A stretch of DNA of 64,000 nt. It comes from a virus. The notes under the pieces were generated by a model. That model searched no databases and was not told the DNA's origin. It saw only the letters and a program-made list of their open reading frames with translations. Positions 28,207 to 37,812 of the stretch are shown here, piece after piece. How positions within the stretch are numbered: the first letter of the stretch is position 1; the number at the start of each line of letters is the position of its first letter. The stretch lies in IMG/VR virus record IMGVR_UViG_3300046373_000099, positions 2,383-66,382 of that record; one strand, 5' to 3'. Made by a program: the position numbers and the translations under genes.

Positions 28207-29439
28207 TTAAGCAGCGGCCTTCAATGGCGCGGCAGGGGCCGTTACTGGCTCTTCGCCAAGCTTGTCGAGCGGGGTCATCGTGCTGTTGACGATCGACTTC
28301 TCGCCGCCCGTCACCGGAGCCTTGTTTTCGTAGGCTCGACCCTCGTTGACCGTGTAAACGCCGGACTGGATCATCTTGGAGACGAAATCGGCGCGTGCGC
28401 CGCTATCTCCGCGAAGGATTCCTTCCATCGAAAATTTTACCGATGTCGTTTTCCGCGTCTTGCTGTCAAGCAGGTCGCGATAGATGGCGGACTCGATGCT
28501 TTTGACCATCGGGCCAATGCACGTCTTGATGAACTGGAGAATCAACTGCTCAATTCCGGAACCCCAAGTGGTCGTGCCGTTGGAGGCGTGGCCAATCATC
28601 ACCGGAGGGACGCCAAAGATGCGGCAAATCTGCTCGACGCTGTATTGGCGCGTCTCGAGCATCTGCGCGTCTTGAGGATTGATCGTAAGCTGTTGGTATT
28701 TTAGTCCAGCTTCAAGAACAGCGACCTTGCCGGCGCGATCTGAGCCTGCGAACTGGTTCAACGTGGCGCCAAGCTGCGCGCGCTGTTCAGCCTTAAGTAT
28801 CTGATCTGAAGTTAGCAGCCCAGAAACCTGAAAGCCGTTGGCAAACATCTTGCCAGCCACGCGCTCGCCAGCCAGCGCGTTGCCAACCGTATTACGGCAA
28901 ACTCCGATCGGAGACATGCCGCGATCGCAGCCAGGCAGGACAGCGCCACGAATGTGGAACATCTTGTTTTCCGGGATTTTCCGGATTTTCCCCGATTCAG
29001 TCACCTCGTAGGAGCGATTGTTGCTCTTGTCCCGGCAGACGTTCACGTCCAGCGGAGCCAATGGGTTAAGCGCAATCAACTTCGTGCCGTTGTACTTCTT
29101 CTCGGCGAAGAAATTGCCGTCGAGGCACAAGCACAGCGCGACCATGGCCCAGAAATCAGAGGCCGTGTCGTCCAAATTCGGCATGTCATGCAGAAGCTGA
29201 TACAGATCGGACGATTTATCGACCGTCACGCCGTCTTCCTTGTAAACAAGGCAAGGCAGCATGACGATTGCATTCCGGATTAGGTTGACGCATGCCCATA
29301 CAGCATCAAGCTGCAGCGCGGTTTCGATCGTCACAACCTCACCAGAGGTCGTTCCAAGGCCGAAAAAACCACGCCAAAACGCACCGTCGGTCAATTTGAT
29401 GGGCGTCCCACGCCATCTGTCTAGGAAGGAACCCATCAA
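28207..29439 (-). CDS. Portal protein, HK97 family
   Basis: AVWACVNLI, DAQMLETR..EQICRIFGVPP. Confidence 0.95.
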   Translation of the reverse strand: MMGSFLDRWRGTPIKLTDGAFWRGFFGLGTTSGEVVTIETALQLDAVWACVNLIRNAIVMLPCLVYKEDGVTVDKSSDLYQLLHDMPNLDDTASDFWAMVALCLCLDGNFFAEKKYNGTKLIALNPLAPLDVNVCRDKSNNRSYEVTESGKIRKIPENKMFHIRGAVLPGCDRGMSPIGVCRNTVGNALAGERVAGKMFANGFQVSGLLTSDQILKAEQRAQLGATLNQFAGSDRAGKVAVLEAGLKYQQLTINPQDAQMLETRQYSVEQICRIFGVPPVMIGHASNGTTTWGSGIEQLILQFIKTCIGPMVKSIESAIYRDLLDSKTRKTTSVKFSMEGILRGDSGARADFVSKMIQSGVYTVNEGRAYENKAPVTGGEKSIVNSTMTPLDKLGEEPVTAPAAPLKAAA

Positions 29440-31424
29440 ATCACCATCACCATATTGTCGATAAAATCGCCGATGTCGGGACCGGCAGCCGTAGCGCCAT
29501 CAGTTGCGGCACCAACGGCCATTGCCGCAGCGACAGCCGGGTCAATTCGAACCGTCGACTTCTTTTTTGAGAACCATTGATTGCCCATCAGCGGATCCGT
29601 CTCGATTGCCACACCCATTAGAGCGCCAAGCAGGACCGGAGACCGGCGAAGCCTAATGCGCTCCTCAAGGATAAGGGTTTCAAGAGCCGAGACAGAGCCT
29701 GGCATCCAGAGCCCTAGTGGGGCAGGAAGGCCGGCAGCCTTGGCCGCCTCAACCTTCTCTTCACTGGGCTTAGCGCGTCTCTTGCCGCCCTGTGGGTGGC
29801 TTACTGACGGGATATCCACGTTATAGGAGTCAAGCTCCTCTTCGAACTTGTCGAACGCGTACTTATCGAACGCAAGCAGGCCGATGCCGTGCTCAGTGTT
29901 GATACGAGAGAACAGCGCTGCGACATGGTCGTAGCGCACCCTCTTGCCCTCCGGAGCATTTATGTATGGCTGCTTTGTCAGGTTGCCGGCGGCGTCCTTG
30001 TGGAACGTCTCATTCCACAGGCGATACGGAACATGGTCGACCTTCGACCGCTCATCCATCGTGTCGCGCGGCGTGAATGCCTCGAGCCACAAGTCGTAAG
30101 TCGGAAGGTCAGCCTCACTGCCATCAGCTCGGACAACCCGCTTCGTGCCGGTCTCAATGCAGAACGTGGCGGCCGTCAAATCCTTCGCGCCGGATAGGTC
30201 GAGCCCTGCGGTCGTGATCTGCTTGCCTTTGTGCTCGACATAAGGATCGAAGTCGAACATCACCTTTTCGAGGATGGGCCGCGGGATCCAGCTCGTGTCG
30301 GATTCGGTCCAGACGCAGAAGTGAAGCCGCAAGATGCCGTTACGCTTTGAAGGAATATCCTTCGCCTGCGCAACTACGCCCTCAAGGTATTCATACTTCA
30401 GGATGACGCCGAGGAGCGGATTTGCCTTAATCCAGCAAGTCGGGTCCGTTAGCGGATCATCATCCTTGTCGAGAGCGCACACATAAGAGAACGTGTCGTC
30501 GCTACCTTCCCACGTCTCACCGACATAGGTGAAGTCGTCGTCAGGTGTTTGCGTGCCGGCCGCTACCTTGATAGCGTGCTGATGCTCCGCCCAGCAAATG
30601 CTGTTGCGGTCGGAACCAGAGTTCGTAATCATCAGTAAGAGCGGAGAGCGACGGAATTTGAAGCCACGCTCGAGCATTTCGATGACGTCGCCGTTCGGAT
30701 GCTCATGCAACTCATCGCAGAGCGCAATGTACGGACGCGGGCCAGAACTGGCCCCCTCGCGTGAGATCGGACGGAAGAACGAGCCAGTCTTCAGGTCAGC
30801 CAGGTTCCATACGGGATTGCCGCCTGATTTAGTAATTCTCCTGGCAAGAGCCGGTGATTGATCGACCATCGCGACAGCGTCGCGAAACAGGACCATGGCC
30901 TGAGCCTTGTCCTTGCCGGCCGCATAAATCTCGGCGCGCTCCTCGCTGTCGTACATCATGCCGATTAGGCCGATGCCGCCTGCAAACGGAGACTTGCCGT
31001 TGCCTTTTCCTTCTTCGCCGTAATACCGGCGGAACCTTCGGAGCCAGTCGCCTTCCGGCGTGACCTTCTCCCAGCCGAACAGCGACCCAACCTTGAACTT
31101 CTGCGAAATATGCAGGATGAACGGGCGCCCCTCGAACTGGCCGCCGTTCAGTTTCAATACATCCTCAAAGAACCCGATCTTGTCGAGCGCAGCGCTTAGA
31201 TTGAACCGAAGGCCTCGCTTGTGGCCATTCATGCGGTCATCACGGTGACGGCGGCAAGCGTTCCGAACATGCGGGCCAGCTACGATCGCGCCGATGATTA
31301 CAGCTTCGGCGTACTCGTCAACCGGGCCGGTTGGGTATTTCGGGTCAATTATGTCGCCCTTCGGGGCCGCAGCAGGCTTACCGGCCGCGGAAGTACTTTT
31401 CGGCTGGATCTTCTGTCTCGCCAT
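29436..31424 (-). CDS. terL: Terminase large subunit
   Basis: Walker A GKGNGKS, DELHE, GLDLS, RIDPAVA. Confidence 0.95.
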   Translation of the reverse strand: MARQKIQPKSTSAAGKPAAAPKGDIIDPKYPTGPVDEYAEAVIIGAIVAGPHVRNACRRHRDDRMNGHKRGLRFNLSAALDKIGFFEDVLKLNGGQFEGRPFILHISQKFKVGSLFGWEKVTPEGDWLRRFRRYYGEEGKGNGKSPFAGGIGLIGMMYDSEERAEIYAAGKDKAQAMVLFRDAVAMVDQSPALARRITKSGGNPVWNLADLKTGSFFRPISREGASSGPRPYIALCDELHEHPNGDVIEMLERGFKFRRSPLLLMITNSGSDRNSICWAEHQHAIKVAAGTQTPDDDFTYVGETWEGSDDTFSYVCALDKDDDPLTDPTCWIKANPLLGVILKYEYLEGVVAQAKDIPSKRNGILRLHFCVWTESDTSWIPRPILEKVMFDFDPYVEHKGKQITTAGLDLSGAKDLTAATFCIETGTKRVVRADGSEADLPTYDLWLEAFTPRDTMDERSKVDHVPYRLWNETFHKDAAGNLTKQPYINAPEGKRVRYDHVAALFSRINTEHGIGLLAFDKYAFDKFEEELDSYNVDIPSVSHPQGGKRRAKPSEEKVEAAKAAGLPAPLGLWMPGSVSALETLILEERIRLRRSPVLLGALMGVAIETDPLMGNQWFSKKKSTVRIDPAVAAAMAVGAATDGATAAGPDIGDFIDNMVMVI

Positions 31425-31782
31425 CTGGTCTTACCCCCGCCTTCGTGGAGTCGGCTGGCGTGGCTCCCATTTTGCCGAGGCAGACCTGATAAAGGTTCAT
31501 CCCTTGAATGCCGAGATCAGTTTCGCCATTCGATGAGTCTCCCATCATCCGTCCGCGCAACTTAGCGGCCACAGAAAGCACGCCGCGATGGCTCTTGTTG
31601 AGCCACGGGATTTCTTCTACTAGTTCTAACCAGGCCCGCTTGGCGTTATCGGAAAGCCAAGAAAAAGGCTGACCAATCTCGTCCTCAACGAGCGGTTCTA
31701 CTCGTGATTCAAACTTTGTTTTGCGTACGGACGACTGACCCGTCACCGCGGCTTTCGCCTTTGGCGTTCTTGGCCTAGCCAT
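31378..31782 (-). CDS. terS: Terminase small subunit
   Basis: MARPRTP..., MGATPAD; directly upstream of terL. Confidence 0.85.
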   Translation of the reverse strand: MARPRTPKAKAAVTGQSSVRKTKFESRVEPLVEDEIGQPFSWLSDNAKRAWLELVEEIPWLNKSHRGVLSVAAKLRGRMMGDSSNGETDLGIQGMNLYQVCLGKMGATPADSTKAGVRPDGETEDPAEKYFRGR

Positions 31783-31893
31783 GCCCGACCCTCATATTTT
31801 CAATTGGAAAAGTGTACGCGTTTGCCCAACGCCGATACCCAGGCCGGAGGTATTGAGACTTATTCGACACCCGTATCCCATTGATTTCATTGA
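31783..31893. other. Probable cos region
   Basis: Intergenic gap between HNH and terS, as in HK97-type phages; exact cut site not identifiable. Confidence 0.45.
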
Positions 31894-32190
31894 TTAATTC
31901 AATTCTATAGGATACCCATCAACACCATACGTGACGACCTTCTTGCCGCGCTCCATCATCTGCTTCGCGCTGTCATGATGGTGCTTGCACAATGACTGAA
32001 GATTGTCTGGGTCGTAGAACAACTTAAGGTCGCCCTTATGCGGCTTGCGATGGTCGACGACATCAGCCGATGTGACGTCCTCAGTGATCAAGCAGAACTC
32101 GCATAAAGGCTGAATGCTTAGCTGCGCCTGTCTAAGGCTGCGCCATCTGGCACGCTGATAAAGCTTATGCCATGCACTGTTATTGGCCAT
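31894..32190 (-). CDS. HNH endonuclease (HK97 gp74-like packaging cofactor)
   Basis: PLCEFC..VVDH..H..NLQSLCKHHHD. Confidence 0.9.
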   Translation of the reverse strand: MANNSAWHKLYQRARWRSLRQAQLSIQPLCEFCLITEDVTSADVVDHRKPHKGDLKLFYDPDNLQSLCKHHHDSAKQMMERGKKVVTYGVDGYPIELN

Positions 32191-32667
32191 GCTGTGCCTT
32201 GAAAAACAAACGCGGCCCGCTCAATCCGATCAGTTAAGATCAAGGAGAGCAGGCCGCAGGACACCCAGGCAGCGGAGGAGACCACGCCGTGGGTATGGGG
32301 TGCAGCAAGGCGACCGAATGATGCAACGAGGTGCGCTCATCTAGCGGTGAATGTCGTGCTGTATGGGGTAACAGCAAGGAACGGCCGGCGCGTTGCGCTA
32401 GTGGTGCCTATACAGGGTGTACAAAGTCCTGCCTTGCTGTGTGGGTAAACGAAGATGGCTAGGTCTTTGCCAGTAGAGCCAGCATAGTCGATGCGCATAC
32501 TGGCGTATCGCATCTAGACGAACACCCTCACTGGGTCGCGGCATCTTCGTTATAGTTACCCCGCCTTGCGGCAGGGTCGATCGCCTTGCATGGTAGCGGC
32601 GCATCGAACTTGGAAAGAGACTGGAGAAACATTCTCCGTTCCCTTCCCAATTTTTCAGCTATTCAGG

Positions 32668-33414
32668 TTATACCTTGGCAGTCACAAGGTCTCCTCGCTT
32701 CACATCGCCGATGCAATCCCGCAACGTAACAAGTGCCATATGTACGAGAGCCCGACCTGCACCCATAGCTCCAGCTCTGTTCGCAGTGCCGACCGAATTA
32801 CCGACCGCTTCTAGGGTCCGTCCATCAATGCACGCAAGCTCGAATGGTTCGCATAAATAGCCAAGAGCCGATTGCAGGCGAGATAGGTGCTGCTGCGCAT
32901 CCATCATATCATTTACTGGGCGATCGCCATTCCACGCCTTAGGAACGCGAACAGTATCGCGCTGCACATCTGTTTCCTCGTCTGCAAATGGCGGTACTTT
33001 TTTCCTTGCTGGAATGTCCACGTTTGCGGCGGTGGATTGTCGAACATGTTTCTGCACAATCCTTCCGTCTTCACGGACGTGAATATGCCGGTCTAGCGAC
33101 ATGCCATCTCGAAGGACGGCGTTTGACCCTCCCAACTTAGCCTCGCTCTTTGCTGTGTCGTATACCTTCCGGTACAACATAGCGTACTTAAGAAGTTCGG
33201 TGTTTCCCTCCTTGATGAGTGCCGTTGCCAAGGGCCAGGCAATGTTGTCATTGGCTGCCGTGCCGTCCCAGTCCTTTCCTTTCTGTGATCGCTTATGGAG
33301 TCTGACCTTTTGAGTATGAACGCCGCTTCTTTCTGATTCCGTGTAAATCATGCGAGATGGCAGGCCGGCTCCGTCGCCGGAGAGCGTTTCTTGAAGTTTG
33401 GCTCTCAATGTCAT
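32668..33414 (-). CDS. Putative late-gene regulator
   Basis: Last early gene before the late leader; C-terminal HTH-like segment (GRTLEAVG). Confidence 0.45.
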   Translation of the reverse strand: MTLRAKLQETLSGDGAGLPSRMIYTESERSGVHTQKVRLHKRSQKGKDWDGTAANDNIAWPLATALIKEGNTELLKYAMLYRKVYDTAKSEAKLGGSNAVLRDGMSLDRHIHVREDGRIVQKHVRQSTAANVDIPARKKVPPFADEETDVQRDTVRVPKAWNGDRPVNDMMDAQQHLSRLQSALGYLCEPFELACIDGRTLEAVGNSVGTANRAGAMGAGRALVHMALVTLRDCIGDVKRGDLVTAKV

Positions 33415-34073
33415 GCTGCATCCCCATAGATAAGTTCGATTGAATCCAATTCGGTCAATTTGGTGAAGATATGCTTGTGGAGTTTCCTAAGCACGCCAAC
33501 CTCCTTATTGCTGACATATGGGCGGTCGTTGCCAATCCCTCGCGAGGAAATATCTCGAACAAAACTCTCTGCGAATGGGATTATGTAATCAGGATAGGCG
33601 CGAACTAACCAATGGCAGAAATAAGACCACTGCTTATTTGAAGTACACTCATCGACTAAGCGGAACCTTTGAGCGGTTTTCTTGTCACGCCACCATGTGG
33701 GTTTAGGCTCATTGTCATTCGCGGCTTCAAGCGATTTTTCTTCATACCAACCGCAATCACCGTTATTCTTGACGACAAGATATTTTATCTCAAAGCCGGC
33801 GTTCAGTTTGTCTCGCTCACGAAGCGCCTGCCCCATTTCTCCGCCCTTCCCTTTTTCGAGGGTGAAGCCCTCCGACTTTACATCCACCCTGACGGTCTCG
33901 TCATTAATCCAGTCTATCGCGAGCAAGTCCGCCTTACCGTTGGGGGCGACGTTACGAAACACGTCAAACCCGGATGCAAGCAACCATGCTGTGGCTATGT
34001 GCTCACTGATTGCCCCCTTAACACCAGGGCTAACCTTCCTTCGCTGCCCTGACTTGGTTCTCGCAATGGCCAT
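33411..34073 (-). CDS. PD-(D/E)XK nuclease-domain protein
   Basis: GAISE..ADLLA..VRVDVKS. Confidence 0.65.
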   Translation of the reverse strand: MAIARTKSGQRRKVSPGVKGAISEHIATAWLLASGFDVFRNVAPNGKADLLAIDWINDETVRVDVKSEGFTLEKGKGGEMGQALRERDKLNAGFEIKYLVVKNNGDCGWYEEKSLEAANDNEPKPTWWRDKKTAQRFRLVDECTSNKQWSYFCHWLVRAYPDYIIPFAESFVRDISSRGIGNDRPYVSNKEVGVLRKLHKHIFTKLTELDSIELIYGDAA

Positions 34074-34110
34074 ACTAATTTCTCCTCCTCATGTGGTGTT
34101 GGTAATTTTC

Positions 34111-34141
34111 ACAATAGTTTATATTTACAAAATTGTCAAGG
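34111..34141 (-). promoter_or_regulatory. Repeated sigma70 promoter/operator, copy 2
   Basis: Identical 31-mer to 3556-3586. Confidence 0.85.
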
Positions 34142-34145
34142 TCTG

Positions 34146-34652
34146 CTATGCTGTCGCCCGCTGCTCTGCTAGCCATCCTCTTACCGTCTCTACCACCAAC
34201 CCCTCCGCCTCTTCCTCACTGGTCGCACGCAGCACCGCCTGACGCGTAAAGCCCATCCATGACAGCAATGCGTGCCGCTTCTTCTGCTCGGCGCTGACGG
34301 GCGTCTTTGCCGCCTTCATTTCGATCAGGCCCAGCTGTCCGCCTTGGATGTAGATGCGGATATCGTGCTCTCCTGGCATCAGGCCGGTTGCCTTCGCCTT
34401 CATCTGCTCCCGTGGGGATCGACGGGCCGAGTTGAAGTCGCCGGCCAACGTGAACTGGCCCTTTCCTGCCGACAGCGAATATTCCGGCATCGCACGCAAG
34501 GCTCGGATAGCGGCAGCCTGCAGAACCCATTCTTCCACGTCGGCCTCCCTCACAGTCACCTTCGTTTCGCCAGCCGCGTTGGTGGTGGTCTTGAGGATGA
34601 CGCGGGCGCCTTTGATTCTCGTCGTCTGCTGGGTTGTTCGTGTGCGGGCCAT
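34146..34652 (-). CDS. VRR-NUC nuclease
   Basis: GLMPGEHDI..LIEMKA..SAEQKK. Confidence 0.8.
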   Translation of the reverse strand: MARTRTTQQTTRIKGARVILKTTTNAAGETKVTVREADVEEWVLQAAAIRALRAMPEYSLSAGKGQFTLAGDFNSARRSPREQMKAKATGLMPGEHDIRIYIQGGQLGLIEMKAAKTPVSAEQKKRHALLSWMGFTRQAVLRATSEEEAEGLVVETVRGWLAEQRATA

Positions 34653-34659
34653 GGGGGTC

Positions 34660-34945
34660 TCCTTGGTGGTGGTTTTTGGTGGGGTGGCAGGGTGGTAAAA
34701 TTATGAGGTGGTGGTGAGGTGGCGAGGTGGTTGGGTTTTCTACCTACATCCTCCTCCTTCACACCACCCTCCCCCCTAAAGGGGAGGAGGTGGTGGTGGA
34801 GAAGGAAATTTCGCAGTCGTGGTGAAGTCTCGCCACCACCCCAAAAGTGCGTTTTGAGGTGGTGGTTTCGCCACCTCTGCCACCCCACGTTTGAGGTGGT
34901 GGCGAACCACCTCTGCCACCTAGGTGGTGAGGTGGTGGCAGACAA
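34660..34945. repeat. GAGGTGG(TGG)/CCACCTC repeat cluster, putative replication origin
   Basis: Many direct and inverted copies in non-coding DNA immediately downstream of the primase-helicase. Confidence 0.65.
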
Positions 34946-34983
34946 CGTGCGCTTCGTATTTTTAGCAATCTATGGTGGTTTGT

Positions 34984-37305
34984 TTAAGCCGCCTGAGCAG
35001 GTCGAACGTACTTTATTTTTCGACCTATGCGCTTAGGGTCGTCCTCCGGAACAACCGCAAGAATGCCGTTTCCAATCCACGATTCCAGAACCGATTTTAT
35101 CTTGCGCTTCTCTGGTGTGAGCGCCTTCGCGACGTCTATTGACGCGCCCATTGCCTCGGCGATCACGTACCCTGCCCAGTCGTCGGATTGAGCATCGAGC
35201 CTATAGTTTTGGTTTTGGAGCTTCACCAGCACATCACGCTTGGCGTCATCCGGAACGGTCTTCGCCAACTCGTCCTTGGATGGCCATTTCCATTCAGTCA
35301 CCACGCCGGCGGTGTCATGGGGGGCATCTGCAAGCATGAACTTGCTTTTAGCGCCATTGCCAAGACACACGGACTCCATCTTCCGCCAATGCTCGGTATT
35401 GTCCATCTTGGTAAGATTGACCTTGCCGTGGTGTATCCAGAAATAGCTGAATCGGTCGTCCTTCTCCATGCCGGCGCGAGTCGCCTGCTCTTCCGTCATG
35501 CGGTTTAGAACGCGAACGGAACGGGCCGCACCGATTAGGGACACGGCGCCTCGAGCGTCTTCAACCGTTGCTTCCCTGTCTGCCAGCTTGCGCAGATGGT
35601 GGACGACGTCGACGGCGCAGTTGGTATAGTCGGCAATCTGAGCCCACAGCTTCGCCACCTTGTCGATCGCGCCGTTATCGTTCTCGTTGACGCGGTGGGT
35701 AGACACGAACGGGTCGACAATCATGACATCGATGCCGAGACGTTCTATCTGTTCGACCACGGCTTCGACCACAGGCTCATTAACCTTCAGGCCGGTCTTC
35801 TTGTCCTCGTGCATGACGATAAGCTCTTGCTCTCGACCCGTGTCGAGATACAGCCTACCCTCAATATCCTCAGGCTTCAGTTTGTAGTGCACGCACGCAG
35901 CCATGATGCGCCGGTCCATTTCGTCGCGCGGGTCTTCGGCATTGAACAGCCAGACGTTCAGCCTCTCTTTCGGCTTCGTGCCGGCCAAAGGCTTGCCGGA
36001 TACCATAGCCAGAGCCTCGACAATGCTGTTGCTTGTCTTGCCTAGCCCGCCTGGTGACACGGTGACCGAGACGTACTTGCGGATGTAATGCGTGCCGAAT
36101 GCGAACTCGCGCCGCGGCAGCGTGGTCGGGTCTTTGTAGGTGAAGGGCGTGGCATGGAAGGCGCGGTTGTCATTGGCTGCCGTTGGGGACTTGCTATCCA
36201 TGATCCCGTTCGGGGTTGTTTCGGCGCTGTCAGTCACCTCGGCGGCGTTTCCGTCCCGTTCGGGAACATTTACTTCATCATTGACAGAATCTTCCTCAAC
36301 GGGAAGTTCCTTGGCCTTAGCCTTCGCAATCCCGTTGGCAATCATCCTTGATATGTCGACGAGCCGCGTATTGTCCTCGTAGTGTGTCGGCTCCGGAATA
36401 ATGCGAGGCTGCCGTTGACCGGCCGTAAGCCCGTTCCGGATTGTCCCGCAAGACTTCGGGAAGTTGCCCCACGGCTGCGCGATGGCCTGAAGCTCGCGCT
36501 CCGCCTCACTATGGGCGATGACACCCGCCCCAACGAACTGTCCGAGCGCGAAGGCTGCATCATTAAGCCGATTGTTTCGGGTGCCTTGTGGCGCGTCTGC
36601 CAGGTCAGCAAGTTCAAGTTCAATGGCGCGATTGACGTATGGCGTGTTGCCGATCGCATGCGGCTGGTACGTTGACGATGCGGTCGTGTGGGGCTTGGGG
36701 AGCAGCAATTCCAGAAGCCATTCTGGCGCGTCGGCGATCTCTGGGATCGTGGCAGAGTCTGGTGTCCACTTGTATGAGCGCCCGTCGGCCATTACGCTTC
36801 CGGCCGCCAGTACGTAACCGCCTTCAGACCTCACGTCCACGCCGCCGCCGAGCGCTCCGCGGTTGCGGGTGCCAGGAACATATTTGAAGTAGATGTGCAG
36901 CCCGTTATTTGGTGTGGTGACGCGTGCGGTCGCTGGCAGCTCCCCGTTTTCGTTCTCCATCTCTTCCAGCCACTCGAATCCGTTGGCTCCGCCTGGCTTG
37001 GCGTCGATGTCTAGCACGAACACACCCGTCTTCTCGCCCGTTGGTATGCCGACCGCACTGTTCGGATTATCCGACCACCATCGCTCCAGGATGCGCTCTG
37101 TCTTGCTGGCGCCATTAAAGCCGTTGCTCGTCCGGGGCGTCTTTTCGTTGAGAGTGATGATCTCGCCCGACGTCGGGTCGACGGTTTCTTCTGCGCCCTC
37201 TCTACATGGGAAGACTGGCCATCCGTGGGCAATGTATGATTTGGCTAGGTCGAGTGGTGTGGTGGTGGGCATGGTGTGCTGTAGTTTGAAGTTCAGTTTG
37301 GCCAT
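34984..37305 (-). CDS. Bifunctional primase-polymerase plus AAA (RepA-like) helicase
   Basis: GWPVFPC, VLDID, GLHIYF, DVRSEGGYV; Walker A SPGGLGKTS; MIVDPF. Confidence 0.9.
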   Translation of the reverse strand: MAKLNFKLQHTMPTTTPLDLAKSYIAHGWPVFPCREGAEETVDPTSGEIITLNEKTPRTSNGFNGASKTERILERWWSDNPNSAVGIPTGEKTGVFVLDIDAKPGGANGFEWLEEMENENGELPATARVTTPNNGLHIYFKYVPGTRNRGALGGGVDVRSEGGYVLAAGSVMADGRSYKWTPDSATIPEIADAPEWLLELLLPKPHTTASSTYQPHAIGNTPYVNRAIELELADLADAPQGTRNNRLNDAAFALGQFVGAGVIAHSEAERELQAIAQPWGNFPKSCGTIRNGLTAGQRQPRIIPEPTHYEDNTRLVDISRMIANGIAKAKAKELPVEEDSVNDEVNVPERDGNAAEVTDSAETTPNGIMDSKSPTAANDNRAFHATPFTYKDPTTLPRREFAFGTHYIRKYVSVTVSPGGLGKTSNSIVEALAMVSGKPLAGTKPKERLNVWLFNAEDPRDEMDRRIMAACVHYKLKPEDIEGRLYLDTGREQELIVMHEDKKTGLKVNEPVVEAVVEQIERLGIDVMIVDPFVSTHRVNENDNGAIDKVAKLWAQIADYTNCAVDVVHHLRKLADREATVEDARGAVSLIGAARSVRVLNRMTEEQATRAGMEKDDRFSYFWIHHGKVNLTKMDNTEHWRKMESVCLGNGAKSKFMLADAPHDTAGVVTEWKWPSKDELAKTVPDDAKRDVLVKLQNQNYRLDAQSDDWAGYVIAEAMGASIDVAKALTPEKRKIKSVLESWIGNGILAVVPEDDPKRIGRKIKYVRPAQAA

Positions 37306-37327
37306 TCAATTTCTCCCAAAATAACGT

Positions 37328-37356
37328 TTGACACTTAGGTCATTATGTCCTAGTTT
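37328..37356 (+). promoter_or_regulatory. Sigma70 promoter of a two-gene insert
   Basis: TTGACA-17 nt-TAGTTT. Confidence 0.65.
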
Positions 37357-37384
37357 GATCTCACCAACCAAGGAGACCACCACA

Positions 37385-37621
37385 ATGACAACCGCAGCTT
37401 TCGACACTAAAGCCTTCCTCGCCGCTCACGCCGCCAAGCGCACCGCTGCTGGCTTGCACGTTCGTGTCACGTTCAAGGATGGAGTGCGGGAACCATTCAA
37501 CTACTACGCCAAGGACATTGCCGCCCGCGACGCATACCTCGACCGCGCCAATCGCAGCATTGGCAAGCCTGACCCGACTGGCCTTGGCCATGTTGTTGCG
37601 TCGGTTGAGGTTGTTCGTTGA
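37385..37621 (+). CDS. Hypothetical protein
   Basis: AGGAGAC RBS and its own promoter. Confidence 0.65.
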   Translation: MTTAAFDTKAFLAAHAAKRTAAGLHVRVTFKDGVREPFNYYAKDIAARDAYLDRANRSIGKPDPTGLGHVVASVEVVR

Positions 37622-37812
37622 CACCCTCCGAGCTCGAAATTCGTTGCGCCGCCCTGTTCGGTCGTAACTGGCAAACGGCTTTCGCGCGCCACTCTGGAGT
37701 TGACGCGCGAACCGTTCGTCGATGGAAGGCTGGCACGACTGACGTGCCGCCGTGGGTGAATGCGCTGCTTCACGCATGGGAGACCTTGGTCGTGGCGGGG
37801 GTGGATTGGTAG
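37618..37812 (+). CDS. Small HTH protein
   Basis: WQTAFARHSGVDARTVRRWKAG. Confidence 0.7.
   Translation: MTPSELEIRCAALFGRNWQTAFARHSGVDARTVRRWKAGTTDVPPWVNALLHAWETLVVAGVDW

Noticed and set aside
31833-31853. Self-target for guide 53186-53243 near cos
   Set aside because: Needs a 2-nt gap and several mismatches; indistinguishable from chance.
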